The notes under the pieces: generated by a model
The model's database searches: none
Told to the model about the DNA's origin: nothing
Seen by the model: the letters and a program-made list of their open reading frames with translations, nothing else
In this document: positions 1-7,346 of the stretch, piece after piece
How positions within the stretch are numbered: position 1 is the first letter of the stretch
Layout of the letters: each line of letters starts with the position of its first letter
Source: Promethearchaeota archaeon
GTDB lineage: Archaea; Asgardarchaeota; Lokiarchaeia; Sigyniarchaeales; SOKP01
NCBI GenBank assembly: GCA_018238625.1
Contig: JABCSY010000100.1
Location: 1-14,615 of the forward strand
Length of the DNA stretch: 14,615 nucleotides
Direction of reading: 5' to 3'
Translations under genes and position numbers: made by a program

Positions 1-1136
1 ATGAGATGCTCCTGTACTTTAATGAAAAATTTGCAAATCCGGCTTCTCTTCATTGCGATGGAGATATTGCTACGGATATTTTAGAGACATCGCGAGAAAA
101 AATTGCAGAGTTTGTGAATGCACCTAATCCATCTGACATCCTATTTACTTCTGGAGCGACCGAATCAAATAATTTGGCTTTAATAGGAGCTGCTATGAGA
201 CAGAAGAAAAAAGGGAACCACATAATTATTTCTGAAATCGAACATATATCTATCTTAAACCTTGGGAAATATTTAGAAAGACAGGGGTTTAAAGTAAGTA
301 GAGTTTCTGTAGATCGATTTGGTATCATTAAATTAGATAAACTTGAAAAGCTAATAACAGATGAGACGATTTTAATCTCAATATCAACGGCTAGTAACGA
401 AGTTGGCTCCCTTCAACCTACCGCTGAAATTAGTAGGATTGCAAGAGAAAAAGGGATATTATTTCATACTGACGCAGTTGCTAGTGAAAACATAGTTCCA
501 ATTGATGTTCAAAAGGTTCCGATAGATTTAATCACATTATCATCAAACGATATTTACGGACCAAGAGGGGTTGGCGCGTTATACTTAAAAAGGGGGGTAC
601 GAGTTAACCCTATAATAATTGGTGGCGGTCAAGAAAGAGGTATGAGGTCAGGTTCTGAAAATGTATCCGGCATCGTTGGGTTTGCTAAAGCCGCAGAAAT
701 TATGAAGGAAGAAATGCCCAAAGAATCAGAAAATTTAAAAAAGTTAAGAGATAAGTTGATTAAGAATATCTTGGAAACAATTCCTAAATCGTATTTAAAC
801 GGACATCCCGAAAAAAGACTTCCTCACAACGCACATTTTCGATTTGATTATATCGAAGGGGAATCGTTGATATTAACGCTAAAGGAACACAATATTGCTG
901 CTGCTACAGGCTCAGCTTGTAGTTCAAAAACATTAGAGGCATCTCACACGTTAATTGCAATGGGTCTTTTGCACGAAGAAGCACACGGTAGTCTACTAGT
1001 TTCTTTAGGTAGAACTACTCGCGAGCCCGATGTTGATAAGCTTATAGAAGTTTTACCAAACGAGGTAAAACGGTTGAGAAAGTTGTCTCCTTTAACGCCT
1101 CCAGAATTATTAAAAAAATATGATGAGGTAAAATAA
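1..1136 (+). CDS. iscS: IscS/MisS cysteine-desulfurase-like protein, Archaeoglobus-type (Schiff-base Lys replaced by Asp); 5'-truncated by the window edge
   Basis: Group I desulfurase motifs NPASLH, FTSGATESNN, EH, GGGQERGMRSGSEN and GSACSS (Cys codon 918-920). The frame is open upstream of the ATG at 6 (GAG at 3-5) and the N-terminal 'YxD..T' segment is missing, so the true start lies outside the window. SSNDIYGP replaces the usual S[AG]HKxYGP. Confidence 0.95.
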   Translation, partial: EMLLYFNEKFANPASLHCDGDIATDILETSREKIAEFVNAPNPSDILFTSGATESNNLALIGAAMRQKKKGNHIIISEIEHISILNLGKYLERQGFKVSRVSVDRFGIIKLDKLEKLITDETILISISTASNEVGSLQPTAEISRIAREKGILFHTDAVASENIVPIDVQKVPIDLITLSSNDIYGPRGVGALYLKRGVRVNPIIIGGGQERGMRSGSENVSGIVGFAKAAEIMKEEMPKESENLKKLRDKLIKNILETIPKSYLNGHPEKRLPHNAHFRFDYIEGESLILTLKEHNIAAATGSACSSKTLEASHTLIAMGLLHEEAHGSLLVSLGRTTREPDVDKLIEVLPNEVKRLRKLSPLTPPELLKKYDEVK

Positions 1137-1140
1137 TAAA

Positions 1141-1944
1141 ATGAAATCTACTACATATTCAGACAAAGTATTAGAGCACTTCAAAAATCCTAGGAATGTA
1201 GGTGAGATTGAGGATGCAGACGGAATTGGTCGAGTTGGGAACCCTGTTTGCGGAGACCTTATGTGGATCTATCTCAAAATTGCCAAAAATGAAAAAGATG
1301 AAGAAATAATCGAAGATATTAAATTTAAAACATTTGGTTGCGGTTCAGCTGTTTCTACATCATCCATGATTACTGAGATGGCAAAAGGTATGACTCTTGA
1401 CGAAGCGTATAAAATTACGCGACAAAATGTTGCTGACGAATTAGATGGACTTCCTCCTATAAAAATGCATTGCTCTAATCTAGCTGCTGATGCTTTAAAA
1501 GCCGCAATAGATAATTATCGTTTAGGTACCGAACCAGAAATCGAGATCGTTACGTCTTGTCAATTAGATGTTAGAATAATACTCGGAATCGATGACTTCA
1601 TTGGGAAAGGTGTCTATAAAGAAGTACCCGCGGATTTAGAAGAGCTTAAAGAAAAAAGAATTATTATAGTCGACTCAGGAGACGAATCTTTAGAGCTCGC
1701 ACTTAAACTGACAGAATATACTGGAAGAGTAATTGTTGTGACTTCTTCAAAATCAGTCCCGGGTACTGTTGAATTGAGGAAAAAACTGAAGCATTCAGAT
1801 GTAAAACTATTACAAGAATCAGAATTAATTGAAATCAAAGGAGAGCTCGATGAAGTAGAAAAAATTGTTATCCATGATTTCGATGAGGACGAGAATTACG
1901 AACTATTCGTTGATATCGTAATAGTTTTAGATTATCGATTATAA
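1141..1944 (+). CDS. iscU: IscU/MisU Fe-S scaffold (aa ~1-128) fused to a degenerate thioredoxin-reductase-like NAD(P)H-binding domain (aa ~148-264)
   Basis: YSDKVLEHFKNPRNVG, GNPVCGD (C37, D39), FKTFGCGSA (C67) and LPPIKMHC (H110, C111). It starts 4 nt after the iscS stop, with GAGGT at 1125-1129. The C-terminal part follows the TrxR middle-domain pattern by eye. Confidence 0.92.
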   Translation: MKSTTYSDKVLEHFKNPRNVGEIEDADGIGRVGNPVCGDLMWIYLKIAKNEKDEEIIEDIKFKTFGCGSAVSTSSMITEMAKGMTLDEAYKITRQNVADELDGLPPIKMHCSNLAADALKAAIDNYRLGTEPEIEIVTSCQLDVRIILGIDDFIGKGVYKEVPADLEELKEKRIIIVDSGDESLELALKLTEYTGRVIVVTSSKSVPGTVELRKKLKHSDVKLLQESELIEIKGELDEVEKIVIHDFDEDENYELFVDIVIVLDYRL

Positions 1945-1945
1945 A

Positions 1946-1954
1946 TTTTTTTTT
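1946..1954 (+). terminator. Oligo-T (T9) archaeal-type terminator after iscSU
   Basis: Run of nine T immediately after the iscU TAA. Confidence 0.5.
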
Positions 1955-2089
1955 ATCCTAAATTTTACCATAATACTCTTATTATCCATAATTTATAATA
2001 AAGAGGTTTAAATGGTGCAATTAATTCTATTTTTAAAGTAGTGATATAGTGCATCACGATCACACAACTAAAAATAAAAAGATGATGAT

Positions 2090-4462
2090 ATGGAAAAAGT
2101 TATAATTGTGGGTGGAGTTGCCGGGGGCGCTTCAACGGCAGCTCGGCTTAGAAGGTTAATGGAAGACGTAGAAATTACAGTGCTTGAAAAGGGAGAATAC
2201 GTCTCATTTGCTAACTGTGGGTTACCGTATTATATTGGTCATGTCATAAAGGACCAATCTCAATTGGAACTAATGACGCCAGAAGAATTTTGGGATCGAT
2301 TTAGGATTAAAATAAAAATTAATCACGAAGCAATTTCAATCAACAAGAAAAAGAAAACTGTTTCGGTTAAAAACCTTGAAAACGATAAAGATTTCGAATT
2401 GGACTATGATTACCTAGTACTTTCTCCTGGAGCTACCCCAATTATACCTCCATTTGAGGGCCTCGGTGATGTTCCCGTATTTACCCTGAGAACTATTCCA
2501 GATTCCGTTAAGATCAAACAATTTGTTGAAAAGAATGATGTTAAGCACGCTACCATCATCGGGGGCGGCTTTATCGGTTTAGAAATGGCTGAAAATTTGA
2601 AGCATAGAGGTGCTAAGGTAAAAATCGTGGAAATGCTTGACCAAGTTATGGCGCCTATAGATAAAGAAATAGCCCAATTCGTACATCAAGAACTATTACT
2701 AAATGGTGTCTGTTTACAATTAGAGGACCCTGTTGATTCTTTCAAATGTGATAGTGACAATTGTTTTTACGTTATTCCTAAAAGTGGGAAAAATATTAAG
2801 ACTGACATGATAATTTTAGCAATAGGGGTCAAACCAGAAAGCAAATTAGCTAAACAGGCCGATTTAAAGATTGGTCCGCGAGGGCATATTATTGTTGATC
2901 AACAAATGAAAACCTCAGATCCTTCAATATTTGCTGTAGGTGACGCAGTCCAAGTAAAAAATTTTATAACACAAGAACCCACTGGAATACCTTTAGCGGG
3001 TCCAGCAAATAAACAAGGGAGAATAGTTGCTGATGTCATTGCTGGTCGTGATACGAAGTATCAAGGAATTTTGGGAGCCTCCGTCGTAAAAGTGTTTGAT
3101 TTAACTGTTTCAACAGTAGGTTTAACTGAAAAGCAATTAAAGAAAACTGATATTAAGTACGAAAAGATTTACATACACCCTAATAACCACGCAGGTTATT
3201 ACCCTGGAGCTGTGCCAATAACTCTTAAATTGTTATTTGAAGTTCCAAGTGGAAAAATACTCGGAGTTCAAGCAGCTGGAGGTCCAGGAACAGAAAAAAG
3301 AATTGATGTAATTGCTACTGTAATTAAATTCAAAGGAACGGTGTTTGACTTAGAAGAGTTGGAACTTACTTACGCACCTCCTTTTGGTTCTGCTAAAGAT
3401 CCCGTAAACATGGCGGGATTTGTGGCTGCTAATGTAATTAAAGGTGATATGCCTATTTGGCATTGGCACGACATTGAAAAAATAAAAAACAATAATAGTT
3501 TTATACTTGATGTGAGAACACCCGAAGAATATCAAATCGGAACTATTGAAGGAGCTGTGAATATAAGCGACTTAGAATTAAGAAGTAGGCTGGATGAAGT
3601 TCCTAAAGATAAAGATATTTACATTCTCTGCGAAGTGGGGTTTAGAGGCTACCTTTCAACAAGATTATTAATTCAAAAAGGATATCATGTTAAGAATTTA
3701 TCAGGTGGATACAAATTATTTAAAACAGCAGCAGCAACAACCGAAGAAATAGCCGCTGAGTGTGGAGCATCAGAAGAAATTATGGAAGAACTAGTTGAAA
3801 GAAAAACTACAATTACGGAAGATTATATAGAAGTAGATGCGTGCGGTTTATCCTGTCCAGGGCCTTTAACTGCGCTCATTAAATCTCTTGAAGCACTACC
3901 GGAAAACAAAAAATTAAAAATTTATGCTACCGATCCAGGGTTTAAAGCGAGTGTAGAAGCTTACGCAAAATTGAATGATGCCGTTACTTTGTTATATTTA
4001 GGTAAAGAAGAAGGAAAATTGGTTGCGACGTTAGAAAAGGGACCTATAACCATCGAAGATGTTTCAGCACCGGTAAAAATTGCGAAGAAAACGAGGAAAC
4101 AATTGAGAAGTCCAGATGCACCTGCTCTATCTGAGATGAGGGCAGACGAGTTATTCGAAGCACTTGATACAGATGAATCGCCAGGACTAATGATTGATGT
4201 TCGGACACCTCATGAATATCATAGTGGACATATTAAAGACACTAAATTAATGCCGTTAGGGGAATTGATGCATAATATTGATGCTTTAAACAAATATAAG
4301 GATGAGGAAATTGTTGTAGTTTGCCATAGTGGGGCACGCTCGATGATGGCAGCCCAATTAATGGTCAGAGAGGGATTTAAAGATGTTAGAAACCTAACAG
4401 GTGGCATGATTATATGGCACCGGAATGGTTACCCTGTGTTGCCACCTAAAAAAGAATACTAG
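2090..4462 (+). CDS. CoA-disulfide/CoA-persulfide reductase fused to rhodanese, TusA and a second rhodanese domain
   Basis: GGVAGG FAD motif, SFANCGLPY (C43), GGGFIGLE, AVGDA and YAPP; rhodanese 1 (LDVR..EY, loop CEVGFR, C514); TusA (DACGLSCPGP, C589, ATDPGF); rhodanese 2 (IDVRTPHEYHSGHI, loop CHSGAR, C745, NLTGGM..W). Confidence 0.92.
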   Translation: MEKVIIVGGVAGGASTAARLRRLMEDVEITVLEKGEYVSFANCGLPYYIGHVIKDQSQLELMTPEEFWDRFRIKIKINHEAISINKKKKTVSVKNLENDKDFELDYDYLVLSPGATPIIPPFEGLGDVPVFTLRTIPDSVKIKQFVEKNDVKHATIIGGGFIGLEMAENLKHRGAKVKIVEMLDQVMAPIDKEIAQFVHQELLLNGVCLQLEDPVDSFKCDSDNCFYVIPKSGKNIKTDMIILAIGVKPESKLAKQADLKIGPRGHIIVDQQMKTSDPSIFAVGDAVQVKNFITQEPTGIPLAGPANKQGRIVADVIAGRDTKYQGILGASVVKVFDLTVSTVGLTEKQLKKTDIKYEKIYIHPNNHAGYYPGAVPITLKLLFEVPSGKILGVQAAGGPGTEKRIDVIATVIKFKGTVFDLEELELTYAPPFGSAKDPVNMAGFVAANVIKGDMPIWHWHDIEKIKNNNSFILDVRTPEEYQIGTIEGAVNISDLELRSRLDEVPKDKDIYILCEVGFRGYLSTRLLIQKGYHVKNLSGGYKLFKTAAATTEEIAAECGASEEIMEELVERKTTITEDYIEVDACGLSCPGPLTALIKSLEALPENKKLKIYATDPGFKASVEAYAKLNDAVTLLYLGKEEGKLVATLEKGPITIEDVSAPVKIAKKTRKQLRSPDAPALSEMRADELFEALDTDESPGLMIDVRTPHEYHSGHIKDTKLMPLGELMHNIDALNKYKDEEIVVVCHSGARSMMAAQLMVREGFKDVRNLTGGMIIWHRNGYPVLPPKKEY

Positions 4463-4634
4463 AATTTACAAATTACATAAAAATACTTTTAATTATTATT
4501 TTAGAATATCCCAAGAAATAATCTATAACGAGGATTTTTGTTGAAAATTTCTTCTGACATGCTAATGTCGTTGAAAATTAATTCTTAATCTAAAAATAGT
4601 TAGACAACACGATATATTTTCTTTAAATTATAAG

Positions 4635-4673
4635 TATAAAATTTTAAAGTTCTGGTAATAAATATATATTCAA
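4635..4673 (+). promoter_or_regulatory. Putative BRE/TATA promoter plus downstream AATATATATTCAA element upstream of rubrerythrin
   Basis: TATAAAATTTTAAA at 4635-4648, then 12 nt, then AATATATATTCAA at 4661-4673. A near-identical arrangement lies upstream of the rubredoxin gene. Confidence 0.45.
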
Positions 4674-4703
4674 ATCCCTATAAATTTTAAAAAAGATGAT
4701 AAT

Positions 4704-5288
4704 ATGAAAGAAACACCTAAAAAATTATTTGCTGCTTATGTTGGCGAATCTCAAGCTAGAAATAGATATACCTTCTTCGCATCGATAGCCAAAAAGGAAG
4801 GATATGTATTAATATCGCGAATATTTCAAGAAACTGCTGATCAAGAGCGTGAACACGGTCTAAACTTTTATAAAATGCTCCAAGAATTCAAAAAGGAAGA
4901 AAAATTTGATGATTTCCTCGTAAATGAGATGTACCCTACAACTTATGGAAAAACTATAGAAAATTTAAAATCCGCAGTTAATGGTGAAACAATGGAGTTT
5001 ACAAAACTATATCCGGATTTAGCAGATACCGCTGAAAAAGAGGGGTATCCTCATATTGCAGAAAGAACTCGTGCTATCGCTCGTGCAGAACAACATCATG
5101 CAGAACGCTACGGTAAGCTGTTGAAATTAATTGGAGATGATGCGTTCTTTAAACGAGGAGAGAAAGTAGTGTGGGTCTGTCTTGAATGCGGCTACGAAGT
5201 AGAATTAGACGAGCTTCCAGAGAATTTTGTTTGTCCAAGTTGTTCACATCCAAGGTCTTATTTCAAAAAGAAATGCGAAGTTTTCTAA
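4704..5288 (+). CDS. rbr: Rubrerythrin (di-iron four-helix bundle plus C-terminal rubredoxin-like domain)
   Basis: GESQARNRYTFFA.IAKKEGY, EREH, GETME..LYP and EQHH di-iron ligands; C-terminal CLECGY...CPSCSHP. Confidence 0.95.
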   Translation: MKETPKKLFAAYVGESQARNRYTFFASIAKKEGYVLISRIFQETADQEREHGLNFYKMLQEFKKEEKFDDFLVNEMYPTTYGKTIENLKSAVNGETMEFTKLYPDLADTAEKEGYPHIAERTRAIARAEQHHAERYGKLLKLIGDDAFFKRGEKVVWVCLECGYEVELDELPENFVCPSCSHPRSYFKKKCEVF

Positions 5289-5389
5289 ATTCCAAAATAT
5301 GTATTATAAAACTTAAGCAAAATAATTAAATATTAAACTATCAATTATTGGAAACAACTATTAACTAAAATAACGATAGTGAAAGCGAT

Positions 5390-5776
5390 ATGAAACAAAA
5401 AGAGATATACAAATGTGAAATATGTGGAAAGGTAATCGAAATCCTTAAACCAGGCGTACCTGAAACCATCTGTTGTGGAAAACCCATGGTCTTAATGGGA
5501 GAAAAGACCGCTGATTGGAAAGGAGAGAAACACGTTCCTAAAATTACGATTGAAGGGAACAAAGTTACAGTAGATGTTGGCGTATCAATGGGAACTCCAC
5601 ACCCTATGACAGAAGAGCATTATATTATGTGGATTGAGTTAATCTGCAAAGACAATTGTTATAAGCGCAAGTTTTTAAAACCTGGAGACGAACCTAAAGC
5701 TACGTTTGTTGTAGCGGATACTGAAGTTGTAGGCGCACGAGAATATTGTAATTTACACGGTTTATGGAAGAGTTAA
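5390..5776 (+). CDS. dfx: Desulfoferrodoxin (2Fe superoxide reductase)
   Basis: Desulforedoxin domain YKCEICG...CCGKPM; SOR centre EKHVP, HPMTEEHYIMWIE and YCNLHGLW. Confidence 0.96.
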   Translation: MKQKEIYKCEICGKVIEILKPGVPETICCGKPMVLMGEKTADWKGEKHVPKITIEGNKVTVDVGVSMGTPHPMTEEHYIMWIELICKDNCYKRKFLKPGDEPKATFVVADTEVVGAREYCNLHGLWKS

Positions 5777-5801
5777 ATTTTATCTAAGTTAATTTTAATA
5801 C

Positions 5802-5816
5802 TTTTTTCTTTTTTTT
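5802..5816 (+). terminator. Oligo-T terminator after dfx
   Basis: TTTTTTCTTTTTTTT about 25 nt after the stop codon. Confidence 0.5.
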
Positions 5817-5908
5817 ATTCTCTATGATAATGTCAAATATTTTAGATTATTATTGATTTTCTAATGTGCATTTATTAAATTATAAAATAGAAGGAATTTG
5901 CCACTATT

Positions 5909-7264
5909 ATGTTGATCTTTTTACAAATTTTTGTAATTAGTTGCTTTATTGTAGTTATAGTTGCTCTTTTCAGAGAAAACGTAGATTTTTTGACTTACAG
6001 TATGGGAGCAATGTTAGCTGCGGCCACTGCTACATATTTTTTTTCTCTTGAAGTTGTATCTATGGAGGAATTTTTTCTGTCAGTTAATTGGGAGGTTGTT
6101 TTTTTCTTAATTTCAATGTTTACGATTGTGGCTATACTAGAAGAAAATCTCATATTTCAAGAAATAGCCAGAAGAATTACGAAGAAATTTGGTACGAATA
6201 CTAGGGAGTTCTTTTGGATTATTTGTCTTATATCAACTTTAAGCGCAGCTTTTATTGAAGACATTTCTGTGGTAATTATATTTATTCCGATGATTATTAA
6301 GACGAGTGAAAAAATGAAAATAAACCCTACTCCAATCCTTTTAGGTATGACGATTTGTATTAACCTTGCTTCTACTTTAACTCCTTTTGGTTCTGCGGAG
6401 AATATATTAATTGCAATTCAATTTTCGCTCACACCACAATGGTTTTTCTTTAATCTTGGCATCTATTTCATCATAGGGACTTTATCAACGCTTTTCTTGT
6501 TAGATTATTTTATAGTTAAAAAAAATCTTACTGATATTTGGATCCCACATTGCGAAGAAAATGAGGAATCATTGGAAATTAAGCACCTAGAAGAACATGA
6601 ATTAATAATTTTAGAGGACCCCATTGATAAAAAAGTATTTAATAGTAATATGATCGCACTTGGCGTTCTGTTTGCTCTATTAATCGTTATTCCTAACATT
6701 TTATTTGTGGGATTGTTAGGGACGCTAATCTTTGTTTTTATAAATCCAAGAAGGAGGAAATCTGGAAAAAGTAAACCAGATCTCTCGTATTATTTCACTA
6801 AAGTTGATTACAAGTTAGTATTCTTTTTTATTAGTTTATTTGTTTTGGTGTTTTGTTTTGAAAAAGTTGGAATTATCCAATTCCTTGAAGATTTTGTAAT
6901 ATACGTTGCTCCCGTTAATCTATTTTTATTATGCATATTTATTCTAGTGATAACTTCAATTCTATCTGGACTTCTTGATAATCTTCCAGTAACAATTCTG
7001 TTTCTTCCCATTTTACAAGTATTAATGGATGCTGGATTTTCAGCAACACCTATATTAGTCGCATTCATCTTAGGAATAAACTTGGGAGGAAATATATTAC
7101 CTCAAGGCTCAGCTGCGGATATGATGACCCTTGAATTATCAGCGAAGTATTGTGTAGACGAAATGAACTATAAAAGATTGCTAAAAACTGGCGGTATTTT
7201 CGCCTTATATCATATAATTTTAGGAGTTGCTTATTTGGCAGTATTGATATTCGTTTTCTTCTAA
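5909..7264 (+). CDS. Ion-transporter (IT) superfamily permease, ArsB/NhaD/SLC13-like; substrate unknown
   Basis: Many hydrophobic segments and two repeated halves: LSAAFIEDI / LSGLLDNLP and INLASTLTPFGSAENI / INLGGNILPQGSAADM. Confidence 0.85.
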   Translation: MLIFLQIFVISCFIVVIVALFRENVDFLTYSMGAMLAAATATYFFSLEVVSMEEFFLSVNWEVVFFLISMFTIVAILEENLIFQEIARRITKKFGTNTREFFWIICLISTLSAAFIEDISVVIIFIPMIIKTSEKMKINPTPILLGMTICINLASTLTPFGSAENILIAIQFSLTPQWFFFNLGIYFIIGTLSTLFLLDYFIVKKNLTDIWIPHCEENEESLEIKHLEEHELIILEDPIDKKVFNSNMIALGVLFALLIVIPNILFVGLLGTLIFVFINPRRRKSGKSKPDLSYYFTKVDYKLVFFFISLFVLVFCFEKVGIIQFLEDFVIYVAPVNLFLLCIFILVITSILSGLLDNLPVTILFLPILQVLMDAGFSATPILVAFILGINLGGNILPQGSAADMMTLELSAKYCVDEMNYKRLLKTGGIFALYHIILGVAYLAVLIFVFF

Positions 7265-7346
7265 TATCTGAAATTTTTCATACTTTTAAATCTCTATATA
7301 ATGTATAGATCAAAGTTATATTGGTTGAAATGTAATCTTACTTAAT

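Noticed and set aside
6-8. ATG at 6 as the iscS start
   Set aside because: It corresponds to the internal Met of the conserved 'EAMLPYF' segment. The frame is open to the window edge and the conserved N-terminus is missing.
50-7068. Minus-strand ORFs 50..328, 1614..1838, 3350..3535, 4219..4407, 5365..5562, 6505..6699 and 6808..7068
   Set aside because: They are antisense shadows of well-supported genes and have no recognisable motifs.
7293-7309. TCTATA-N5-TATAGA inverted repeat upstream of the phosphatase
   Set aside because: It has short AT-rich arms, occurs once and has no independent support.
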